Source: a virus
Taxonomy: Duplodnaviria > Caudoviricetes
Reading direction: 5' to 3' (one strand)
IMG/VR virus record: IMGVR_UViG_3300049892_000014
Coordinates: 32,001-96,000 of that record
Length of the DNA: 64,000 nucleotides
Each line of letters opens with the position of its first letter. Position 1 is the stretch's first letter. The position numbers were made by a program, and so were the translations under genes. The notes beneath the pieces were generated by a model. The model was not told the origin of the DNA. It searched no databases and saw only the letters and a list, made by a program, of their open reading frames with translations. This document shows positions 30,417 to 39,112 of the stretch, piece after piece.

Positions 30417-30692
30417 TTAAATACAACCTCCACAACATCCCTGTCTAACTTCGGCATTAACTACATCTATTGCCTCAGCCTTTGCTTCTTCTGGAAAGCC
30501 TTCAGGCCATTCACTAATAAGCCATGGGCCATATTCTACATTCTCTTCCCATTCCTTGGTAAACCATACGCTTCCACCCGAAGACATACAGTATTGTGGA
30601 AACGTAAACTCTTGGCCATCTACCTTGAGAACCAGAATACCAGAGCATAGATTGGGATACTGACCGCTATAAGACACAAACTCAACAGTCAT
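30417..30692 (-). CDS. conserved phage protein ending GCCGGCI
   Basis: VEFVSYSGQYPNLCSG...GCCGGCI. Confidence 0.7.
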   Translation of the reverse strand: MTVEFVSYSGQYPNLCSGILVLKVDGQEFTFPQYCMSSGGSVWFTKEWEENVEYGPWLISEWPEGFPEEAKAEAIDVVNAEVRQGCCGGCI

Positions 30693-30701
30693 AACTCCTC
30701 C

Positions 30702-31106
30702 TTAGAGATAGTTAAGTCTAGCCTGGTGCATAACACCATGCCATTTATGAACAGGGACACAACTTGTAATCTTATCCACTATTGCATCAAGACGCTTAGT
30801 CCATAGCCTTCGATCCGCATAAGACAATGGAATGTAATAATCTGCCCCTATAGGCATACAATGATGAGCGTCTATAGGTGACAGATAAAAAGCTACATTA
30901 CGCCAAACATAATAGATAGAGGCATCTCGAAAGTCATATTCTCTATACTGTCCGTAATGCGTATCATCTGCTGGCTTAATGATCGAAGATATTGGAGGCT
31001 TACTAGCCCTAAGAACGCCACCAGAGTTAAGGATAGCTCTTGCTATACCTAACTCATGTTCATCAAACTGTTTTTCATCAAGTTCAATTTTAGGCATATC
31101 ATACAT
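30702..31106 (-). CDS. hypothetical protein
   Basis: AAGGAG RBS follows a hairpin. Confidence 0.65.
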   Translation of the reverse strand: MYDMPKIELDEKQFDEHELGIARAILNSGGVLRASKPPISSIIKPADDTHYGQYREYDFRDASIYYVWRNVAFYLSPIDAHHCMPIGADYYIPLSYADRRLWTKRLDAIVDKITSCVPVHKWHGVMHQARLNYL

Positions 31107-31261
31107 AGTGTTTCTCCTTGGTTAATAAATCAATCTCAGGCTCAATCTAACTGTTCTAGTCTTACCATTATCGCTATTGCGGCATCTGTACAGCTATTCC
31201 ATTCGGTTGCCTACAGTTTTGCCAGACCATACTATCGCATAGTATTGAGCCAGAAACAAAG

Positions 31262-31495
31262 CTATCCCTCTGAGTTTAATACTTCGGGTTCACTCACTTC
31301 AAAATCTACAGTCTTAACTGGAGACGTATAGATTGTTTCACTACCAAAAGGCTTAAATATCATCTTAAAGCCTATGGTAATGTATTCACAAGCTGTGAAC
31401 ACGGGACAAAACTCAGGGTGTCCCTGGATATATAGACGATTGCTTACTTCCTCAATCGTATACAGTGTGTTAATGGTTTGTACCTTAATCTTCAT
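31262..31495 (-). CDS. hypothetical protein
   Basis: RBS, operon position. Confidence 0.55.
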   Translation of the reverse strand: MKIKVQTINTLYTIEEVSNRLYIQGHPEFCPVFTACEYITIGFKMIFKPFGSETIYTSPVKTVDFEVSEPEVLNSEG

Positions 31496-31499
31496 CGCA

Positions 31500-31871
31500 T
31501 TACTTATCCTTTCCTACTGTGGTAGCCAAATCAAAGCCGCCATAGTATCCATTGTGCTTGTTGTGGGTTTGACAGACTATTACTCCATTATCTGTGTAGA
31601 TACGGAGAAACATAATCTCATGACGATCATCTTCATAATCATCTGGGACATCGTTGACAGACTCAGTCTTAATACTGACAAGCTTAGCATTGTCATAAGA
31701 CGAAAGATCATCATCGCAAGTCATATATCTATGCTCACAACAAGACTGTCCTCCATCCCATATGCTCAGGTTAGTCTTGTCTGTGAAATGCAGGATAAGA
31801 GTATCATTCTCCATCTCTACAGACGCAATAGTCTTACCAAAGCAATCTTTTGCATCCTGATCCAAGTACAT
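31500..31871 (-). CDS. conserved phage protein (QSCCE / HNGYYGG motifs)
   Basis: GQSCCEHRYMTCDD...HNGYYGGF. Confidence 0.7.
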   Translation of the reverse strand: MYLDQDAKDCFGKTIASVEMENDTLILHFTDKTNLSIWDGGQSCCEHRYMTCDDDLSSYDNAKLVSIKTESVNDVPDDYEDDRHEIMFLRIYTDNGVIVCQTHNKHNGYYGGFDLATTVGKDK

Positions 31872-31943
31872 ATCTTCCTCCTATATAAACCATTCCCAGG
31901 CTTGTCCACGTGTAGACAAGCCAAGGATAATCTATAAGCAGGA

Positions 31944-32333
31944 CTATTCTTGATAATCATCCAGAGGATACTGCATAGCATACTCTATGCAATCCTTCGA
32001 CTCTTTCAATCCCTGAGCCGTGAGCTTGCGATACAGTTGTATCATGTTAATCTTATTGGCCAGAGTATTAGTCCGTGTAGCGTATTCGACAATAGCTCGG
32101 CCAATCTTAAGCAATCCCCCATCAGGACGGACAGGCTCCCAAGCATTGACAAACTCAATCTCATCGTTCTCACCATGTATGCGTTCAGGCTCAAATATAT
32201 CCCTGCAAGCCTGTCGCAAACATTCCAATTCGAACCATGTCTTATAGGGAACGTCTACAATCTGTCCATTGTTATCCTTAATACTATAGATATAATACTG
32301 ATCCATATGCTTTTGAATAGTAATCTTAGTCAT
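31944..32333 (-). CDS. protein with C-terminal ribosomal L7/L12 CTD-like domain
   Basis: NKINMIQLYRKLTAQGLKESKDCIE matches the L7/L12 KI.VIK.VR.LTGLGLKEAKDLVE pattern. Confidence 0.7.
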   Translation of the reverse strand: MTKITIQKHMDQYYIYSIKDNNGQIVDVPYKTWFELECLRQACRDIFEPERIHGENDEIEFVNAWEPVRPDGGLLKIGRAIVEYATRTNTLANKINMIQLYRKLTAQGLKESKDCIEYAMQYPLDDYQE

Positions 32334-32579
32334 AAAACCTCCATGGTTAGTGTAAACAAACAATCCCAGGCTAGTCCACGTGTAGACTAGCCAAGGTTAA
32401 ATGTTTACCTTTCGGAGTAACGCTTGTCCTCATCACACTCATTAGCAGGACTATTGAAAGCCTTGCTATTCTGTAGATGCCGTAGGTAGAATGAATGGTC
32501 TGCTATACGCTCGTCTATGAGAAACATAGGACGATTAGTAGACTCATCTATCCCGATTATAGAACCATCGCTGTTTTCC

Positions 32580-32753
32580 TTAATTCTCACGATTCTGTCT
32601 CCTGGCCACAACTAAGGCCTGTGATTCTGGTTTAAGTTTAAGACATGAACTGCACATATGTTCACTGGCCGATATAGCCTGTAAACTATCTACAGTGTGA
32701 AGGTTGCCACAGATAAGACAATTGTAAGTGTATCCAACTTTATCGGGTTGCAT
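32580..32753 (-). CDS. small Zn-finger protein (57 aa)
   Basis: CLICG...CSSC; AAGGAG RBS after a hairpin. Confidence 0.5.
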   Translation of the reverse strand: MQPDKVGYTYNCLICGNLHTVDSLQAISASEHMCSSCLKLKPESQALVVARRQNREN

Positions 32754-32998
32754 AGTGTATTCTCCTTGGTTAATAAAACAATCTCAGGCTTAGGGATGCT
32801 TTCGAGGCAAATTATAGAGACAAGCCGACTCTACCTAAGCCAAAGACAATGCTATTACCAGGACTTACTGGCTATCTTTACTGGATGCTATACTACTTAA
32901 TAGTTTACCTCCACAGAATACGAGCATAGTTAGGACAAAGCTACCAGCTAGACAGGCTATAACAACTTCCATAGAGTAAATCCTTTCGATAAGCAGGA

Positions 32999-33041
32999 TA
33001 AAAAAGAAAGGCTAGAGCGTACAGAGGATACACTCTAGCCA
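32999..33041 (-). terminator. Rho-independent terminator
   Basis: GGCTAGAG...CTCTAGCC followed by TTTCTTTTTT on the minus strand. Confidence 0.7.
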
Positions 33042-34217
33042 GTAAACCTAGACAGCCTTTAGAACTGTCACTGTAGGTTTCACCTAGAGACTCGCTATTA
33101 CACTATCTCTAGGTCTATCACCTATTAGGTAGATAAGTTTTGTGACTTAGCAGGCTACTATTTATCCAGATAAAGAATATATAGATTACCGCCTGTTTTG
33201 GGTAACGCTAAGTCCTTCGCCCCGCATATCTTATACTGATTATGACCGCTTATTTACCGCCACCATTGAGTGATACGCTTCACAGTCCACATGTAGACAG
33301 GATAGAATACTATCCTGGGAAGTGTTCCGCTTTAGTCTTGGCTTCGCCAAGTCCCGATAAGATATACTATTAGCCGCCCCTGATCTGTAGTCTGTCCACA
33401 TGAGATAACAACAATGCCCCCGTTACTCTGTATCCTGCACTCTCTTTTGCTAGAGCCGTACAATCTGCACTCCGCATAAGCAGGACTCTTGGGCTTCCAC
33501 CGCCAGTATAGAACGATAGACTACAACGATTGGTTTAGGTACAACCACTCCTAGTTTGGATAGGATCTTTCGTCATTGGCCGTTGTCTATACAAGCTATC
33601 AGGTTGAGTCCTTCTCAACCATCAACCTAGAGATACTACCTGCATTGCACAGTTTGTCTCTAGGCCACTCGTACCATCAAGTATTACGTCCCCTAAAACC
33701 ATTGACTGTAACACTAAACGACTTATGATCCCGTTCTAATTGTCTTTGGCGCATTGCCTATCCGCCGACTGCAACCTCATTGGATAGGAGCTAGGTTATC
33801 CTTCACCTTAGCTGTTCTCTATGGCTTGCTCACCAACTTACTGTAATCTGTCTATACTAGCTCAGCCTAAGTGTTAGCTCATTGCCTTGATTAGCAGGAC
33901 TTTGTGTATTCCTTCTGTAGTGCTAATCTGCTAGGAGAGCGTATACAAATTGTCTCCTAACTAACTGACTCTAACTATACCCTATACCCTATCCCAATCT
34001 ATCCTAGTCTATAGGCTATCCAGTTTAGGATAGTTTCAAGACTAGGCTAGACTAGGCTAGAGTATATGGCATTTTGCGTTAAAATCGGTTTTAAGCCGTT
34101 TTCCCAATGCAAGGCATAGTAGCATATGCCATGACCGGAGAAAATGCCTTAAAAGCGACTACAGCGCATTTAATGGCCTATTTGCTATCGTATCGGATAG
34201 GCTGAAAATCGTTTTGA

Positions 34218-34260
34218 GCAAAAAAAAAGGCGAGCAAGCTATGGTAGCTTGCCCGCCTTT
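34218..34260 (-). terminator. Rho-independent terminator
   Basis: AAGGCGGGCAAGCTA...TAGCTTGCTCGCC then a T9 run. Confidence 0.85.
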
Positions 34261-34277
34261 ATCGTTTCCGGTTTTGC

Positions 34278-34550
34278 TTAGGAAGTAGCTATCTCCGTTT
34301 CCGTTTTCCCCTTAGACAGTTTGTCAGAGTTTACGGAGATAAACTTGCGAATATCGTCGGCAGCGTCCAGAACCCGATTCCAGCCTGTCTCGTATAGCGT
34401 GACAGGGAAACGTCCAAGTCCATATACGCTGACCGCTCCTTTGGTCGATACCTTGAAGGAAAGTTTGCCAGAATTTTTGGCTTTCAAGGCATTGTTTTCG
34501 GCTTCAAGTTTTGCAAGTTTTGCTTCCATTTCGGCTAATGTCATTCCCAT
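34278..34550 (-). CDS. conserved small protein (KVSxKGAVSVYGLGRFPVTLY family)
   Basis: Coiled-coil N-terminus plus a recognisable conserved motif; GGAG RBS before the ATG at 34550. Confidence 0.75.
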   Translation of the reverse strand: MGMTLAEMEAKLAKLEAENNALKAKNSGKLSFKVSTKGAVSVYGLGRFPVTLYETGWNRVLDAADDIRKFISVNSDKLSKGKTETEIATS

Positions 34551-34984
34551 GGTATTGTTTCTCCAGAGTATGAATCCGCCTAATAGCTTGGAACCATTCC
34601 GCCCTGTTAGGCGGAAACGATTGCAGGTTTTTTGCGCCCTGCACCATTGCGGCAACAAATCGGGCATTTTTTTCACGGCTTGTCAAGGCAAGGTATATAT
34701 ATGATAGATTACTGACTATAGGATAATCTGCAAATGATTATAGGCTTGATCTTGAATGATAAGGGAATAGCTATATCCTGCGAACAATTCCACAAAATGT
34801 TCGGATAGTCATAGGCTAACCCTAATAGAGACAATGATTTACGGCTAGGGTAGGGGTAGGGGTCGAGACCTGCCTACCCTACCCCCTTATATGCTACGAC
34901 CCCTCCTTTAATACGCACAAAAAATTCCCTTCATATCCGAAAACTAGGTAGATAAAAGAGTTACAGTCTTTTTCACTATATCTC

Positions 34985-35013
34985 TTGACAGACTAATTTG
35001 ATTATGCTAGTAT
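34985..35013 (+). promoter_or_regulatory. sigma70-type promoter
   Basis: TTGACA-17-TAGTAT with TG. Confidence 0.8.
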
Positions 35014-35031
35014 GTTTTTTGTGGAGGCGCT

Positions 35032-35316
35032 ATGAAGAAGCTGATATGCTGTTTATTGTTACTTATGACGGTCGGATGTACCACTATTACGAATGGTAGA
35101 GTGATTGATAAGAGATTCTTCGCAGCTCATTATCAGGTAACGTATATGCCGAACGGTAAGACGCTGATGCCAATATTAATGCACCACGACGATGAGTGGG
35201 ATCTTAAGCTTGTGAAAGGTGACGATAGCGGGTGGGTAGAGGTTTCTGAAAAGGAGTACAATTCGATAAGGGTTGGAGATAATTTTAGTCTACACGTAGA
35301 CAAGGAGAATAAATGA
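35032..35316 (+). CDS. putative lipoprotein
   Basis: MKK-hydrophobic-TVGC lipobox. Confidence 0.7.
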   Translation: MKKLICCLLLLMTVGCTTITNGRVIDKRFFAAHYQVTYMPNGKTLMPILMHHDDEWDLKLVKGDDSGWVEVSEKEYNSIRVGDNFSLHVDKENK

Positions 35317-35852
35317 GAACGAATTCAGAGTACGCTGATATGCAGATTAGACTGAAACAGGCCGTGGCTGATTTTTATACGGCCATGATCAAATGGGAAC
35401 TTGATGGATTTTTACCAGGCAGAAAGTTTGATGAGGCGGATAAGGCCTCTGACGAGGTGTATAATCTATTAGATGAACAACGAAAAGAACAGGCTATGAG
35501 GGAGGCTGAAATGGCGTGTAACGGTGAAGAAAAGAATAAGATTAACACGAATTACGTGAAGGTTCAGGACGAGAGTGCGATTAACATTCCAACTATAACA
35601 ACTTCCTCTGAGGCTTATTACCCACCTACTTGTTGTGATGGATGCGGGTGTGAGTTGGATGAGCCGAGCGTGGCGATTGAAATTTATTTCAATAATGGAT
35701 CGTGCCTGGCCTTTAATGATTGTGAGATTGATATTAATAACGATGGTCTTCTGGTTTTTGATTATGTCTCCGTGTTGGACGGTAAGACGAAGACGGCCAC
35801 GTTTCAGAAATACCAACTCGCCGGTTACACGATGACGGTCGACAACGAATAA
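35313..35852 (+). CDS. hypothetical protein
   Basis: AAGGAG RBS, coupled. Confidence 0.55.
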   Translation: MRTNSEYADMQIRLKQAVADFYTAMIKWELDGFLPGRKFDEADKASDEVYNLLDEQRKEQAMREAEMACNGEEKNKINTNYVKVQDESAINIPTITTSSEAYYPPTCCDGCGCELDEPSVAIEIYFNNGSCLAFNDCEIDINNDGLLVFDYVSVLDGKTKTATFQKYQLAGYTMTVDNE

Positions 35853-36092
35853 AAAACGTATATATAATGATATCCGGACAGAAATCCGGACAAAATGTCC
35901 GGATTGGAATTCCGTGGGCAGCGTGGAGAACACGAACTGCAAGTGACTATGCGGCAAGGAAAGCTGTGGGTGATACTAGGTAATTCTCGCAGTAAGCCGA
36001 GAGCTATTTCGGCGCAGGATGTCTGGCAGGAGGTTGATCGGCCTAGAGTGGAAAGACACTCCCCACGGAATAAAAAAATTTTGAGTTTCTTC

Positions 36093-36121
36093 TTGACATT
36101 CTAAAAAGAACATAGTACAGT
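36093..36121 (+). promoter_or_regulatory. sigma70-type promoter
   Basis: TTGACA-17-TACAGT. Confidence 0.7.
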
Positions 36122-36139
36122 GGTTGAATTGGAGGGGGC

Positions 36140-36919
36140 GTGAAACTGATGGATAAGACAGGTAAAGAAGTTGTATTCCCCACGCTGGAAGAAGGGTGCG
36201 CAGGGAAACATTTTGAGTTTATGGGATTTGATTGCTGGTGGACGGGGTGGAAACAAACCGCTAGCCAGATAGTTTATGGTGGGCAGTGGGTTGCCTATGA
36301 CCAGAAAACCGGACTTGGATACGCTTATTCTTTACCTGGGCGGAAATTTATGCCTATTATATCCCTCACTCACGCACTGGATATGACGGTGAATAGCCTC
36401 GTAGAAGACCAATTTAGAGTTGTAACTGACAAGAAATATAGAACTCAGATGGTACGGCAGGGTAAGAGGTCGTTTAAAAGGCAGATATCGGAGCATGAGC
36501 GCAGGAGAATGATGGATGCTTTGGATGAAAGGAAGCAGAAAGAGGTTATAACTGACTGGTCTAAGATGTACCAGCAGTGGGTTAATCAGGCTGGAAAGAA
36601 TGTCGTACCTCAATCATGGACGACCTCTGGAACATTTATAGGACAACAGTCCATAGGAGCCGCATCCACTAATGTACCACCAGGTGGAATTATTAGTACG
36701 ACAATAGCTCCTAGCAATGTTATGTACAAAGGAAGTAGCTACGACTATAATGCATGGCAGGATGCAATAGTGCAGGGTTGTAAGGAACAAGCAAAACAGA
36801 AGGTTCAAAAGGAAATGGATGATAAGCTAGCCTCTATGAAAGAAGAGGCTATGAAAGACTATTATAATAGCTCTATCTTGGATAATATTAAATCAGTCTT
36901 AAAAGGAAAGAAGGAGTAA
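36140..36919 (+). CDS. hypothetical protein
   Basis: GGAGG RBS. Confidence 0.65.
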   Translation: MKLMDKTGKEVVFPTLEEGCAGKHFEFMGFDCWWTGWKQTASQIVYGGQWVAYDQKTGLGYAYSLPGRKFMPIISLTHALDMTVNSLVEDQFRVVTDKKYRTQMVRQGKRSFKRQISEHERRRMMDALDERKQKEVITDWSKMYQQWVNQAGKNVVPQSWTTSGTFIGQQSIGAASTNVPPGGIISTTIAPSNVMYKGSSYDYNAWQDAIVQGCKEQAKQKVQKEMDDKLASMKEEAMKDYYNSSILDNIKSVLKGKKE

Positions 36920-38223
36920 TGGACGATCTGAAGTTATACACGCCCACGTTTAAAGAGATAGGTTACAAGTTCATGTTGCAGCATGAGTCGTGGATAACAG
37001 CGCAGATGGGTTGCAGTACTGATAGTTTAGTTCGAGTCAGACCGCCCGATTGGCTTTCTGATTTCATCACAGTAGCTCTGAAGACGTTGTATTTTAAGGA
37101 CAAGGTAGGAATCGTAACAAACAATATGAATCCTATAGCGTTAGCCGTAGGTGCCGATATAGAAGGAATCGAAACAACGAATGGCTTGGAAGGAAACCTG
37201 GTGGAATTCTACAACGCCCAAAAGGCTGGAGATTGGTATGTTAACTCTTCTGAATATCTCCTGTCAGTCAAAATTCGTAGCCTTAGTTTCCCTTTTGTCG
37301 TGTATTGCCAGCCTGTCGCAATGCACGGACACACTGCCGAGAGGACTGAATTGATACTTCCTCAGAGTGGTTTGGATGAGTTCGTCACCTATTTCCAGAA
37401 TGAAGAGAGGCGTAGTGGTAGAATAACAGTTAATGTCTTTGGGCAAAAGACATATACCATTAAGCCTATGGAATGGGAAAACATGATCATTGATGAGTCG
37501 GTAAACTTTCTGATTAAGAAAGATTTGCAGACCTTCATGCAGAAGCGTGATTGGTTCTCAGGCAAGGGCATACCATATAGGAGAGGATACCTGTTGCATG
37601 GACCTCCTGGCAACGGTAAAACCTCTGCGATCAGGGCAATGCTTACACAGGCTAAGCTCCCTGCTTTCACTATTAAGAAGATGTACGACCCTGATGCTAT
37701 GTATTATTTCGAGGATATGTTTGAAGCTGCCAGTAAGTCTGGCGGCGCTTTTATCATATTAGAAGATATTGATCGTGCGTTCTCAGACAAATCGGATGGG
37801 AAGGAAGCCAACTCTAACCTTGTTCCTTTCTCCGTCTTTCTTAATTGTCTAGATGGTATTTCTGATGCTGACGGGATTATTGTCGTTGCCACAGCAAATA
37901 ATCCCCAAGTATTAGACAAGGCCATCCTTGAAAGACCAGGGAGATTTGATAGAGTGGTTCACTTCCCTAATCCGACACTAGACCTCCGAAAGAGATACAT
38001 GGCTAGTCATTTACCAGAGATGGATGATGAGAGCTTGACCAGGATAGCCGGTGAGTGTAATAATATGAGCTTCGCCCAGCTTCGTGAGATCTACATTATA
38101 GCGTCTCAGCTGGCGGATGATAGAAGCATGGAGGTCACGGAAACGGATGTGATAGATGCACATCAACGTCTTGTTTCAGCGCTTCAGAAAGCTAAGGCTA
38201 AAGATGCGGGGTACAAAGCCTAG
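36919..38223 (+). CDS. AAA+ ATPase (BCS1/FtsH-type AAA domain)
   Basis: RRGYLLHGPPGNGKT, IILEDID, LNCLDG, TANNP..LD.AI.ERPGRFD. Confidence 0.93.
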   Translation: MDDLKLYTPTFKEIGYKFMLQHESWITAQMGCSTDSLVRVRPPDWLSDFITVALKTLYFKDKVGIVTNNMNPIALAVGADIEGIETTNGLEGNLVEFYNAQKAGDWYVNSSEYLLSVKIRSLSFPFVVYCQPVAMHGHTAERTELILPQSGLDEFVTYFQNEERRSGRITVNVFGQKTYTIKPMEWENMIIDESVNFLIKKDLQTFMQKRDWFSGKGIPYRRGYLLHGPPGNGKTSAIRAMLTQAKLPAFTIKKMYDPDAMYYFEDMFEAASKSGGAFIILEDIDRAFSDKSDGKEANSNLVPFSVFLNCLDGISDADGIIVVATANNPQVLDKAILERPGRFDRVVHFPNPTLDLRKRYMASHLPEMDDESLTRIAGECNNMSFAQLREIYIIASQLADDRSMEVTETDVIDAHQRLVSALQKAKAKDAGYKA

Positions 38224-38500
38224 GATACCGTCTTGCGGAACGGTATCTTACGCCAAGATACCGTGCGAACATATGATCCTAAATGGTGTCAATTGTAGTG
38301 AGGGGTATATCTCTGTAACTATAACTGAAAACAATCAGACCAGGTACTTCGATATGCCTAAGAACTTTACTACTGAAGATCTTAGTTATGTAATGAATGA
38401 GTTCGGATCTCCTTCTGAGGCTGTTGATATGCTAGAGAATGCGACTCCGGAAGAATTGGAGAGGATTCAACTACTAGCGAGGATGCATGATATCAGGTAG
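38204..38500 (+). CDS. hypothetical protein with shared C-terminal motif
   Basis: ATPEELERIQLLARMH. Confidence 0.6.
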   Translation: MRGTKPRIPSCGTVSYAKIPCEHMILNGVNCSEGYISVTITENNQTRYFDMPKNFTTEDLSYVMNEFGSPSEAVDMLENATPEELERIQLLARMHDIR

Positions 38501-38804
38501 GCCTTCTGTATTAAATTGGAATGAAGGAGGCGGTGAGAAGCGCATAGTCGTAGGAGCAAATGAGAACCTGACTGCCGTTATCACAAACGTAGAAGCAGGC
38601 GCACTGCTGACCATAGTAGAGGGAAAGAGGATTATAGAACTTAAAAGAAAGATCGGAAATGAGGCAATCACTTCTGAGTTTATCTATTATCTATATGGAC
38701 AGTTTGATTATACTCATACCGATTTTGTTAAATGGCTACACACGGTCACGATTGATGAACTAGAGCGCCATAGAATGTTATACGCTTTATCAGAAAGGAA
38801 ATAA
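38487..38804 (+). CDS. hypothetical protein with shared C-terminal motif
   Basis: VTIDELERHRMLYALS. Confidence 0.6.
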   Translation: MISGRPSVLNWNEGGGEKRIVVGANENLTAVITNVEAGALLTIVEGKRIIELKRKIGNEAITSEFIYYLYGQFDYTHTDFVKWLHTVTIDELERHRMLYALSERK

Positions 38805-38879
38805 TGCGGGGTAGAGTACTGGTAACTCAGTAGCCTCATAAGCTACCTTATGTCGGTTCAAATCCGGCCCCCGCAACCA
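38805..38879 (+). tRNA. tRNA-Met(CAU)
   Basis: TGCGGGG/CCCCGCA acceptor, GTAGC-CTCATAA-GCTAC, GGTTCAAATCC, CCA. Confidence 0.9.
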
Positions 38880-38884
38880 AACTT

Positions 38885-39112
38885 ATGGGTGTATATGATA
38901 TTGAGATGGGAGTTGGCCCTCTAATGGAGTATATAATATTAGGAGCGCTTGACGGGTCAAAGAGACTAGAGGCTCAGGAGATAATGTCATACGTTCTATA
39001 TAGCATGTTTCATGGCGACCACATTCAGGCTGAAGACTGGTTTAAAACACATAACAGGGCTGACTATGAGAATGTCAGGCTCATGAGATCGTTGAGTAGA
39101 CATGCCAATTAA
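38885..39112 (+). CDS. hypothetical protein with shared C-terminal motif
   Basis: HNRADYENVRLMRSLS. Confidence 0.5.
   Translation: MGVYDIEMGVGPLMEYIILGALDGSKRLEAQEIMSYVLYSMFHGDHIQAEDWFKTHNRADYENVRLMRSLSRHAN

Larger units (their letters stand above)
22708..32860 (-). repeat. family of 9 intergenic RNA hairpins (CYTTGGCT...AGCCTGRG core) upstream of RBSs
   Basis: Copies at ~22708-22771, 25596-25643, 28090-28215, 28997-29067, 29989-30039, 31124-31265, 31884-31936, 32353-32407, 32767-32860. Confidence 0.85.

Noticed and set aside
22708-32860. Hairpin repeats as integron attC sites served by the tyrosine recombinase
   Set aside because: They lack RYYYAAC/GTTRRRY cores. G.U pairs and the UUCG loop indicate RNA function, and the 191-aa recombinase is too short to be an IntI.
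22708-32860. CRISPR array
   Set aside because: The repeats are separated by whole genes at irregular spacing, and no cas genes are present.
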